Assembly: GCF_020745735.1 (NCBI RefSeq) | Contig: NW_026867516.1 | Location: 675,144-739,143, forward strand | DNA from: Hemiscyllium ocellatum | Taxonomy: Eukaryota | Reading direction: 5' to 3' | DNA length: 64,000 nucleotides | Part shown: positions 1 through 11,330 of the stretch, piece after piece | Layout: each line of letters starts with the position of its first letter | Numbering within the stretch: the stretch's first letter is position 1 | Notes under the pieces: model-generated | Database searches by the model: none | Seen by the model: only the letters and a program-made list of their open reading frames with translations | What the model was told of the DNA's origin: nothing | Position numbers and translations under genes: made by a program

Positions 1-1490
1 CATATGCCTTCTAGTTTTCTTGGACTCCCCTACCCTGGGGAAAAGACCTTAGGTTTCCCCCCCCCCCTATCCATGCCCATTACAAAGGTCTATAAGTTTA
101 CCCCTCAGCCTCTGATGCTCCATGGAAAATGGGAGACCAGAACTGAACGCAGTATTCCAAAATTGGCTTAACCAACATCCTGGACAGCCACAACATGACC
201 TCCCAACTCATCTACTCGATGCTCTGACCAATAAAGGCCATCCTACCAAATGCCTCATTCATTATCCTGTCTACCTGAGACTCCACTTTCAAGGAACTAT
301 GGAACCTGCACTCCAAGGTCTCTTTGTTCTGCAACACTCCCCTTATCTCTGTCAGTCCTGCCTGAATTGCTTGACCAAAATGCAACAACTCGAATTTCTC
401 AAAATTTAATTCCATCTACCACACTTTGGCCCATCCGATCAATTCTAAGTTATAGCAAACCCTCTTTTCTCTCTCATTCCCAAGCTGAAAATCTCCAATC
501 CACACACTCTCCCTACATTCTCATTTTGCTGACCCCAATCCCTGCTGTACCTCATCCTGAATGGTCTGGTTCATGCTGATTAAAAGACCCACACTCGGGG
601 GGGGGTCTAATTGAAACATACATAATCCTGAACAGCCCAGACAGAGTGGATGTCGCGAAGATGTTTCCATTGGTAGGACAGACTCAGACCAGAGGGCAGC
701 GCTTCGAGTAAAGGGAAGTCCTTTTAGAAAGGAGAAACTTCTTCAGCCAGAGAGCGGTGAATCTGTGGAATCTATTTCCATAGAAGGCTGTGGAGGCCAG
801 GTCACTGGGGATATTTAAAACTGAGACAGATAGGTTCTTGAGTATCAAGGGTTAAAGGAGAATGGGGTTGAGAAACCTAGCAGCCACGATTGAATGGGGT
901 GATTAGACCTGATGGACTGAATGGCCTAATTTCTGCTCCTGACTTAGGGCCTCTTGCTGTCCTGGACACAGAGTGAGAGAGTTGGGAGCAAGACTAGGCC
1001 ATTCGGTCTTTCAAGTCAGCACCAGCATTGAACAATTCATAACTGGATATGAATATACCTACAGCTGGGTGGATAGGCTGGGACTTTTTTCACTGGAACA
1101 CATGAGGTTGAGATGTGACCTTAAAAGGAGGCTCATAAAATCATGGAGGGTAGATGAGGTGAACCGCAGGTGTCCTTTCCCTAGGATGGGGGTTTCAAGA
1201 TTAGGGAGCAAATGAGGAAGGTGAGTGAAGAAAGATTTTCAAAAGACTGGAGTAGCGCCTTTTTTTTGAGAGTAGTTTGTGTGTGGAATCAATGTCCAGA
1301 CACGGTGGTGGATGTAGGTACAGTAACAAGGTTTAAAAGACATTTGGATAAGTACGTGAATAGGAAAGGTTCAGAGGGATATGGGCCAAATACACACAGA
1401 TGGGACTAGTTTAGTTTGTGAACACAGCACGGTTTAGTTGGACTGAAGGGTCTGTTTCTGTGTTGTCTGACTCTGGAACTGTTCTAAACT
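1..1490. mobile_element. Nested CR1-type LINE 3' fragments (intron of a minus-strand ZNF unit)
   Basis: ORF 212-415(-) MELNFEKFELLHFG...HSSLKVESQVDR and ORF 1212-1409 match CR1 ORF2 C-terminus. The block is the reverse complement of ~61950-64000. Confidence 0.8.
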
Positions 1491-2758
1491 GGGCTTAAAA
1501 CCATTTTCTTGCCTTCCGCAATAAACATTCACTTCTTTCTTGTTCAAAAATCAGATTAACTCAACCTTGAATTTATTCAAATGACCCCCTAACTGCAGGA
1601 TGACATTCCCATCTCTGAACTCCATTCCTCTTGCTAACACACCACTTGCCATGCTCATTGCCTGCTGCACCTGTCTGACAACTGGCACAGAAGGACGCTG
1701 ATGCCCCTCTGAACATCCATGTATCATTCCTGATGAAGGGCTTGTGCCCGAAACTTCGACTGTCCTACTGCTTGGATGCACCTTGAATGAATCTACCGTC
1801 CCTACCTCTGCTGGCAATGCGTTACAGGCACCTATCACCCTCGGAGTAACGTACTTTCTGTGTGCATCTCCAACATGATGTCCCAACTCCTGAACTCAGC
1901 ATGTGAACCATGAAGGCAAGTGTGCTGAACACCTTCTTCACCCCCCTCTACCAGTGATGTAACTTTCAAGAACAATGAACCTGAACACCTCCATGTCTCT
2001 GTTCTACAACATGACCCAGGGCCCTACCATTACCTGTACAACTCTTGCCCTCCTTTATTTTAGCAAATGCAACCCCTCACTTATATCCATTCCTCTCTCA
2101 TACACACACGCTCTCTCTCAGACATACACACACACCACCCCCTCAAAACTCTCACCCTCTCGCAGACTCATACTCCATCACAATCACACTTTATCAAGCA
2201 GGCACACATGCAAAAACACACTCACAGCGCACAAACACACACACACACACACTTCCCTGAAGGGAGTTTCCCTGAAACGTCAATTTTCCTGCTCCTCGGA
2301 TGCTGCCTGACTTGCTGCTGCACCACACACTCGATCCTAAGCTTATTATCCTCTACTTCTGGACTGCCCCATCCAAAGGAAAATACCATGTTTATTTACC
2401 CTATCCATGCCCCTCATGATGATATAAAAGTGTATAAGGTCACTCCTCAGACTCTGGCAAGCTATGGAAAAAAGTCCCAACCTGAACTTCTGTCTCTCCT
2501 CACCCAGGTAACCAAGACACATACCTGAGGTCCCAAAGTCTGCTCCCTCGCTGGATTCACTCCAGTTGCTACAAGTGAGCCTGCTCCGTCATTCATTAAG
2601 ATCATGGCTGATCTATCCATCGTTTCATCTTCTCCTCCCTGCACTGTCACAAGGAACCCCTTAACTCCCCAACCAGGCCAAATCCCACCCAACTGTATCT
2701 TGAATATACTTAATGAAGCTGCCTCTATTGCTTCCTTAGCCAGTGTATTCCCTAGATT

Positions 2759-2851
2759 TTGATGAAGGGCTTTTGCCCGAAACATCGATTTTCCTACTCT
2801 CCTGATGCTGCCTGACCTGCTGTGCTTTTCCAGCACCACTCTAATCTAGAC
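2759..2851 (+). mobile_element. ~95 bp Penelope-terminus mini-element with hammerhead motif, inserted in a CR1 tail
   Basis: TGATGAAGGGCTTTTGCCCGAAAC at 2760. Flanking direct repeats TATTCCCTAGATT (2746-2758) and TATTCCATAGATT (2852-2864). Confidence 0.75.
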
Positions 2852-3966
2852 TATTCCATAGATTCACGACCCTCTGGGAAAAGCAGTTCCTCCTCATCTC
2901 TTTCTGAAAGCTACTCCCTCTAACCTTGAGGCCTAGTCTCACCCACCAGAAATTACTGGACAGGCTAGGGCTTCATCCCCACAGTGCAATGACATTGGGA
3001 AGATGTTTCCATTGGTAGGAGAGACTAGGACCAGAGGACACAGCTTTAAGAATAAAGGGAAGACCTTTAGGAACAGAGGTAAGCGATGTCTCCTTTTCTG
3101 CCGACAGCGAGGAGCATGGACAATGTACTGGTGACACCAGCGAGCAGGTGCGCTGTTGTTCACACCGAGGAGCAGACACAACGTGCTCTGTGGCGATGCT
3201 GGTGTTATTGACAGATGTTAAATGTTCAAATGCCAAGAGGAGAAATAAAGGGTAGAGCCACAGTTCTTTTTCCCCATGTGGCTCAACATTTTATCGCTTT
3301 TGTCTGGCTGCTCAACATTTTTTTTAATGTCTTTTCCCCAGAATAGGGGTGAGGTTCACAACTACAGGGCATAGGTTTAGGGTGAGAGCAGAAAGATATT
3401 AAAGGTACCTAAGGGGCAACTTTTCCATGCAGAGGATGGTGCACGTATGGAATGAGCTGCGAGAGGAAGTAGTGGAGGCCGTATAATTACAGCATTTAAA
3501 AGGCATCAGGATGGGTATATGAACCAAGTGCTGACAAATGGGACTAGATTAATTTAGGATATCTGGTTGGCATGGACAGGTTGGACCAAATGGGTGTGTT
3601 CATGTGCTGTACATCTTTATGATTCTAAATAATAAAAAGTATATTTTTCCAAATACCAAACTATCTCCATGTTAACAAGGCTTAGTGCACCACATACTTT
3701 ACTAACCATTCTCAACAGGTCCTGCCCCTTCAATAACTGAGGAACATATACATGCTGGTGCATAGTATCCTTCACTAGTATTTACACACTACCCTCAGCA
3801 ATTGCACAAGTAACAGTGAGGGGTAAACAGCACAAGGATTAAAACACAGTGAGGGGTAAACAGCACAAGCGCCAGTAAAAGCAGATGGAAAGTGAGTGTA
3901 AAATGTGACTATGACAGGACAGGCCCCACATTCCTTCCCCTCCGTCCCCCCCACAACCTGCCTCAC

Positions 3967-4218
3967 CTTTCACCTCCCGGGCCCAGTACCTTCCAGGTGG
4001 CCTCATAGTTGACACAGGGGCCGCCCCACGACCAGTAGAACTCCACCACCCAGGCGGCCGACCAGTTCCCAAACAGGCCCTTAACCCCATCCGCCTCCAG
4101 AATGGTCACCGGCTCCTGCCTGCTGTACAGCCGGCCGGTGTGGCCGTGACACAGCAGCTGCGCCAGGAAGGCGGCGGTGACCAGTGACGGGGGTCTGCCC
4201 CGGGCCGCACGGCGCCAT
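3967..4218 (-). pseudogene. Duplicated exon 1 of a quiescin sulfhydryl oxidase (QSOX family, closest to QSOX2); frameshifted, CxxC lost
   Basis: [48 protein letters not shown] matches the QSOX Trx1 N-terminus (normally FYxSWCGHC...TWKALAxDVK). ATG at 4218 (AAAATGGCG), hydrophobic leader, donor AAAG|GTGAGG at 3967/3966, two frameshifts. Confidence 0.8.
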
Positions 4219-4330
4219 TTTCCTAACGGCCGCCGCTTCCCCGCTCGAGCGACTTCTCCTCCCAACCGCCTTCACCCCCGCGTGACGTCTGCACGGGGGG
4301 ATGGGCGGGGCCGGGGGAGCCTCACCGTCA
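4219..4330 (-). promoter_or_regulatory. CpG-rich promoter of the QSOX exon copy
   Basis: CpG-dense, with CRE-like TGACGTC at 4283-4289 and GC box GGGCGGGGC at ~4303-4311. Confidence 0.55.
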
Positions 4331-4891
4331 CCAAGCAACAGCCACCTCGCGCTACAACTGCTCATTCACAAAAACAAACTCTCCTGTCTCGCTCTGCAGC
4401 TGCAGGGGGGACACTGCCACGTTTCGAGGAGCCCTGTCTACATTGGGAAAGCTCACGGCTCCATTTAAACAGATATTCCGACATCTAACGGAACGGCCTC
4501 ATATCTAAAAGAGGCAATCTGCATTTTAAAGGGACATGGACCTTTTCACGGGCTATTTCTGCAAATAAAGAGATTTAATGGACAAGAGCTCGTGGGTCTA
4601 CAGTTAAAATGCTTTAAACAACTGTTTTTTATTTCACTGCCTCCCCAGGATATAGAATTTCTCCCATCTGAAATTGTTTGCCCTGAAAAGAATCCAGCAG
4701 GAATATGATATTGGAACTATCAATAAAATGTCTAATTTGGGTCACCCAGCGTTATTAATGTAAGAATATTATCTCTTCAAGGTTCGATTTGCCCATCAAA
4801 ATTCCTTGAATTTAAGGTGTTCCATTGTTGTTTCAGTTATGATCCATTAAAAAGCAATATCCAGTCTCATCTGAGTGCAGGATCACAAAAT

Positions 4892-5018
4892 GGTAAAAAC
4901 AATGACTGCAGATGCTGGAAACCAGATTCTGGATTAGTGGTGCTGGAAGAGCACAGCAGTTCAGGTAGCATCCAAAGTGTAGAGAAAGCAACGTTTCGGG
5001 CAAAAGTCCTTCATCAGG
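4892..5018 (-). mobile_element. Hammerhead-bearing mini-element (family A)
   Basis: Minus strand CCTGATGAAGGACTTTTGCCCGAAAC. 14-bp direct repeat CAGGATCACAAAAT at 4878-4891 and 5015-5028. Confidence 0.75.
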
Positions 5019-5123
5019 ATCACAAAATAACAACTGTTACCAGCCCACAACTCATGAGTTTCCCATGGACAAAGTTAAAAATCACACAACACCAGATTGG
5101 AATCCAACAGGTTTATTTGGAAG

Positions 5124-5158
5124 CACTAGCTTTCGGAGCGCCGCTCCTTCATCAGGTG
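5124..5158 (-). ncRNA. Minimal type I hammerhead ribozyme, family B (intact core)
   Basis: CAC-CUGAUGA-A-GGAGC-GGC-GCUCC-GAA-AGCU-A-GUG: conserved core, 5-bp stem II, palindromic stem III, 3-bp stem I. Confidence 0.7.
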
Positions 5159-6299
5159 GTTGTGGAGAATTAGATCGTGATCCCGGAATTTGTAGCAAAA
5201 ACAGTCCAGTGTCATGAAAATGTGATACATTAAACAATTTTAGATTAAATCTTCCATCTTTTAGAATGGGTTTCTGCTCTGTGATATGTTAATCCCTGAA
5301 CTTGTTTTTAATTACCTTCTCAAGAATGTCATTTAAATGCAGAGTTTTTCTAATAACAGTGTGAATTCTGTCTGGGTCCCAATGTTGAGTCAGACTGACA
5401 TTTTTCTTAGAAAAGCTCTGCATTTAAATTATACTCTTGAGAAGGTAATTTATAGATTAGGGTGCAAATTAGGGTGGATTGGCTGTGCTAAATTACCTAT
5501 AGTGCCCAGGGATGTGCAAATTAGGGTGGATTATCCATGGGAAATATAGAGTAAGTGGGTAGGTATGGGTGGGATGTTCTTCAGAGGGCCAGTGTGGAAT
5601 GGATGGGCTGAATGGCCTACTTCCACATTTTCGGGATTCTATGACTCCCTAACCACACCCCTAACCAAAGGAGCATTTTATCTGTACCTATCCTGTCAAG
5701 CCCCTTTCAGAATTCTACTGATTTCAATGAGGTCACTTTTGGTTCATAGAGGTATACAACACAGAAACAACTCGTCCATGCCGAGCAGGATTCCGAAACT
5801 AAACTAGTCCCACTCACCTGCATTTGGCCCATATCCCTCTAAACCTTTCCATTCATGTACCCACCCAAATGTCTTTAAAGGTTGTAACTGTACCTGCATC
5901 TACCAGTTCCTCAGCAAGTTCAGTCCACGTGCAAACCATTCTCTGTCAAACCATTACCTGTCAGGTTCCTTTTAAATCTCTCTCCTCTCACCTTAAGGAA
6001 ATATGTCACCTAGCCTCGAGCTCATTTTTAATAACCCCTAGTTTTATGCTAAGGAAGAACCCTTTGCTATTCACCTTACCGCCACTCCTCATGATTTTAT
6101 AAATCTCAATGAGGTCACCCCTCAGCCTCCTTCACTCCAGTGAAAAAAGTCCCAGCCTCTCTAAAAAAGTACATGATCCCTCACCACCCTCCCCTCCCCA
6201 TGTCTCTCTGTTTTACAACATAACCCAGGGCCCTACCATTAACTGTACATGTCCTGCCCTTCCTGGTTTTCACAAAATGCAAGCCCTTGCTTTTATCCA

Positions 6300-6970
6300 T
6301 ACCTCTCTCATACACACGTGCTCTCTCTCAGACACACAGACATACTCCCCCCAACACATTCACAGGCTTATACTCCATCACACTCACAATTTACCTGCAC
6401 GCACACAATCTTACATGCACACACTCACATTCTCTCATGAATGCACACACATATCTCTTTGGGGTGAATTTGTATTGGCAGGATTATTCTTGCAGATACA
6501 TTCAATTTTGCTCAAAGAGCACGTAAACTGCAGGCAGTCAATCCATGTAATATTTTATACATTCCTACTTTGGAAATAGAACCGGTCTGATTCAAGATTG
6601 GGATACTGATAGACTCGAACCTCACACCTTTAAAGCATTGTCTGGACTGAGATGTCACCTATTTTTTATAAAACCTTAAGTCATCTCGAGAATGTGGTTT
6701 AAAAGATTTATATTAATGAACCAAAACCTGCAACCCATTCTAAAAGATGAAAGAGGTAACAGCAATCTCGGCTTGTTCAATATCTCCTATCAGTTGCATG
6801 ACACTGTGATCTTTTGCTATGAAATCTGTGTCTCATTACCCTGGTCCACAGCTACCCGATGAAGGAGCTGCACTCCAAAAGTGGGTGCTTCCAAATAAAT
6901 CTGTGGGCTATAACTGGTGATGTGAGATTTTTAACTCTATCCACCCCACTCCAATACCGGCTCCTCCATA
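6300..6970 (+). mobile_element. Penelope-like element 3' region (family B), degenerate hammerhead at ~6855
   Basis: Reverse complement of 46755-47560 and 58915-59690. CCGATGAAGGAGCTGCACTCCAAAAG. Confidence 0.6.
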
Positions 6971-6979
6971 TTGTATCTT

Positions 6980-9900
6980 GTGAACACAGCCCACACCTCC
7001 CGGTGCTGCCATTACACTTTACAATGTCAATGAAATGATTCAGTCTGCACTCCTGAAAAATTCCCAATTTTTCAAGATACTAGCTACTCATTCACTGCTC
7101 CATTTGATACGCGACATTGGAAACTTAGTGCAGCAGGCTGAAAGAAATGAGCAGCTTTAATACTAAAAACTCTTGGAGTTCAAAGCTTTCAATGAGAATC
7201 TGAGCCCGGTAGTAAGTTCAGGTAACCTTTATTGTGACCCAACTTTGTTACAGCTTCAGAACCACCCCCCCTCCCCCAGCAAAAAAGCGTAGAAAAAGCA
7301 CACACACTCTCCACCCATCCCACCTCACCTTCTTTACTGTTTGTCACCACCAAGCTGTCCTTTTGTAACTGGATCCTTGGTACAGCGTAACTCGAAGGAA
7401 GTATTGCCTCACTCAGCAAAAAAAAATGTCAATTCAGGGTGCAATGCAGCTTCTTGATGAACAACCTGTTAACATCTCCAGGAAGGTGGGAGCAAAATGG
7501 AACATCAAGACATTAACACCAACACACTTCAGTCAAACATTTCTGCTCCCAGTAAGGGCAAAACATCCTGAAACTCCAGTCTTCACCATCAGATTTCTGC
7601 TTTCACAGAAGACGATGAAAGTCATACAGCAGTCGGTCCAATTTGTCTGTGCCAAACAGGTATCCTAAATTAACCTACTCCAATTTGCCTGCATGTGGTC
7701 CATATCCCTCTAAATCCTTTCTATTCATGTGCCCAACCAGAAGAATTTTAAAATTCCCCTCTCACCTCAACCATACGCCCCTCTAGTTTTGGACTTCCCT
7801 ACCCTGGGGTAATGACCTTGGGTATTCACCCTATCCATGCTCCTTATGAATGTCGACATGGTCATCCTTCAGCCTTCGATGTTCCAGGGAAAATATCCCC
7901 AGTGTATTCAGCCTCTCCCTGTAGTTTAAACCCTCCAACTCTGGCTACAGGTTGTCAATCTTTTCTGACCCCTTTCAAAGTTACACAATATCTTTCCAAT
8001 AGCAGGGAGACCAGAAACAAATGCAGTCTCCCAAACATGGCCTGTACAGCTGCAGCATGACCTCCCAACTCCTATACTCAATGGTCTGACCAATAAAGGA
8101 AGCATACCAAATGCCTTCTTCACTATCCTGTCTACCAGTGACTCAATCTACAACGAACTATGAACTTGCACTCCAAGGTCTCTTTGTTCTGCAACACTCC
8201 TCTGAAGTGTGTCAGTCTTTCCTGCATTGCTTGACCAAAATGCAAACCACGCATTTTCATCTGCCACTCCTTGGCCCTTCAGCCCATCCAATCAATTCTA
8301 ATTTATAGTGAACTCTATTTCTCCTCTCTTGTTCCCTAGAATTTGAAAATCTCCATCCCACACACTCTCCCTCTATTCTCAGTTTGCTCAACCTAATCCT
8401 TCCTGTACCACAACCTGAAGGGTCTGGTTCATGCTGGTTAACAGGCCCACACTTTGGGGGGGAGAGGGGTGTTCTAATTGAAACAAACAATACTGAATCC
8501 TGAACAGCCTGAACAGAGTGGACGTTGGGAAGATGTTTCCATTGGTTGGAGAGACTAGAACCAGTGGGCACAGCCTTAGAGTAAAGGAAAGAATTTTCAG
8601 AATAGCGGTGAGTGGTGAATCTATGGAATTCACTGCCACAGAAGGCTGTGGAGGCCTGGTCATTGAGGATATTTAAGACTGAGATGGAGACTTTGAATAT
8701 CAAGGGGATAGAGGGTTACGGGGACAAAGTGAGAGAATGGGGTTGAGAAACCTATCAGCCATATTAAATGGTGGAACAGGCCTGATGGGCTGAATGGCCT
8801 AATTTCTGCTCCTCTGTCCTATGGTCTCTTGCTGTCCTGGACACAGACTGTGAGAATTGGAAGCAGGAATAAGCTATTTGGTCTTTCAAGCCTGCACCAG
8901 CATTCACCAAATCATAACTGGATATGAATCTGCCAACATCTACGTGGATAGGCTGGGACATTTTCGCTGCAACATAGAAGGCTGAGAGTTGACCTTACAG
9001 AAGTTTATAACATCACAAGAGACATAGCCGAGTTGACCGATGGGTATCCTTTCCCTTGGGTGGGGGTTTCAAGATAAGGCAGCCAATTTGAAGGTGAGAG
9101 GAGAAAGCTTTTAAAAAAGCATGAAGGGTACCTTTTGTTTTATACTCAGAGAGTAGTTTGTGTGTGGATGAATATCCAGAGGAAGTGGTGGATGCAGGTA
9201 CAGTAACAATGTTTAAAAGGCATTTGGATAAGTACATGAATAGGAAAGGTTCGGAGGGGCATGGGCCAAACACAGGCAGCTGTGACTAGTTTAGTTTGTG
9301 AATATAGTCAGCATGGACTAGTTGGTCTGAAGGGTCTGTTTCTGTGCTGTATGACTCTGTAACTGTCCTATACTGGTCTTAAAATCATTTTCTTGCCTTT
9401 CCCCATAAACATTCACTTATTTGATGTTCAAAAATCAGATGGATGCAGCCTTGGATATATTCAATGACCCCTAACTGCACGAAGATATCCCCACTTCTGA
9501 CCTCAACTCCTCTTGCTAATATAACACTTGCCTTGCCGATTGCTTGCTGCACCTGTCTGACAACTGGCAGTGACTGGTGTAGAAGGACACTGAGCTCCCT
9601 TTCTACATCCACACATCATTCCTGATGAAGGGCTCGTGCCCGAAACGTTGACTCTTCTGTTCCTTGGATGCTGCCTTACCTGCTGTGCTTTTCCAATGCC
9701 ACACTTTGACTCAGATCTCCAGCATCTGCAGTTCTCCCTTTCACAGCTTCCCAATACATCATGGTTTAAACAATACACCTCCTTTCTGCCTTTTTTTACA
9801 GCAAAGGCTATAACTTCACATTACAGCACTGTATTTACCATGTGTTGGAAATTGTGGTATTCTCTACATCGGGGAGACAGAGCATAAACATGGGAATGGT

Positions 9901-10982
9901 TCGCTGAGCATTGTAGCCGGGTTCGCAGAGGCTGACCATACCTCCCCAGGAGAGAAAGTGAGGACTGCAGATGCTGGAGATCAGAGCTGAAAGTGTGTTG
10001 CTGGAAAAGCGCAGCAAGTCAAGCAGCATCCAAGGAGCAGGAAAGTCGACGTTTCAGGCCTGAGCCCTTCTTCAGGAATGGCCCCCTAAATGCAGGAAGA
10101 TATCCCCACTTCTGAACTCAATTCCTCTTGCTAATATACCACTTGCCTTGCTGATTGCTTGCTGCACCTGTCTGACAACTGGCATTGACTGGTGTTGAAG
10201 GACGCTGAGACCCCTTTGTACATCCACACATCATTCCTGAAGAAGAGCTCAGGCCCGAAACGTCAACTCGCCTGCTCCTTGGATGCTGCATGACCTGCTT
10301 TTCCAGCAACACACTTTCAGCTCATACCTCCCCAGTCACCAATCCATTTTAATTCCTGTTCCTACGCCCTTTCTGACATGACCATCTTTGGTCTCTTGCA
10401 TTGTCACAACAAACTAAACTGCAACCTGGAGGAACGACTCCCCATCTTCCACCTGGGCAGCCTACAGCCCAGAGGACTCAACATAGAGTACCCCATTTTC
10501 AAATAACTTCATTTCCTATCCACAATTCCCTTCTCAGCCTTGACCCTTCCTTTCCACTCCTCTCTGCCACCAACCAGATTCCTTCCTCCTATTGACCCAT
10601 CAGGTCGTACCCTCCACCCGTCTTCACCTATCCCCACCTCACCATTGTGTCCCCAGCACACCCTGTCTCTGTATCTCTCCCTACATCCACCCCCAGTTAT
10701 GAACAAAGGTTACACCCAAGATGTCGACTTCTCCACCTCCTGATGTTGCCTGGCTTGCTGTGTTCTTGCAGCCTCCTGCCTGTCTATTTTTCCGATTATG
10801 ACACAGACCTGGACTAACATTTTCAGAGTCTTTCCCCTCCCGGATTCACTCCCTTTCCTTCAGTTGCTGCAAGTCAACTCCAGAATGAAAAAGAATTGGA
10901 AAAGGGGGTGAGAAAAGAAAATACCGCACTCGCAGATATTGGACAGAGGAAAGAATTTGCAATCTGGGTGAAGCTCAATCTT
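6980..10982 (-). pseudogene. Inverted ZNF-gene unit lacking core promoter and whole zinc-finger exon
   Basis: Exon-1 remnant 10934-10982 with donor mutated to GCGAGT. Intron homologous to 29345-32800. 3' UTR with AATAAA at 7233-7228. No finger codons present. Confidence 0.7.
9850..10790 (+). mobile_element. Penelope-like GIY-YIG/3' fragment interrupted by a 373-bp insertion
   Basis: CTCTACATCGGGGAGACA (LYIGET) at ~9862 and LEERL..F.LG downstream. Paralog at 29500-30035(-). Confidence 0.65.
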
Positions 10983-11074
10983 CATTGTGGCTCGACATTT
11001 TATTGCTTTTGCATTTTGTCTCGCTGCTCAACTTTTGTCCATCTTTTCCCAATGTTGAGAGAGTGTGTGCCCCA

Positions 11075-11330
11075 GTGAGCTGACTGTGGGAAGGAGCTGT
11101 AACCCGTTACACAGATTGAAGAAACGTTACACTATTCGCAGCAGAGAGTAACTGTGCACGTTTCCTGAGTGTGATCACAGTTTCACTTGCTGATCAGAAA
11201 CAAGGAGCCAAAAGGACACCACAACTGTGGAGAAGTCGTGGAAATGTGGGGACTGGGGAAAGGGATACCATTCTCTGTTGGCACCGGAGATTCATGAGCT
11301 CAGTCGCATTGGGAAGAGGCAGTTCTTCAA
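11075..11330 (+). pseudogene. Truncated C2H2 ZNF relic
   Basis: EKSWKCGDWGKGYHSLLAPEIH is a decayed first finger ([17 protein letters not shown]). Paralog at 28660-28920(-). Confidence 0.6.

Noticed and set aside
1975-2528. His/Thr-rich ORFs (also ~6109-6579, ~47192-47482)
   Set aside because: Translations of CA/CT-rich Penelope 3' sequence.
3812-3870. 24-bp direct repeat ACAGTGAGGGGTAAACAGCACAAG
   Set aside because: Simple local tandem duplication in the QSOX intron remnant.
3967-4218. Functional QSOX gene
   Set aside because: Two frameshifts, redox CxxC destroyed and no further exons seen.
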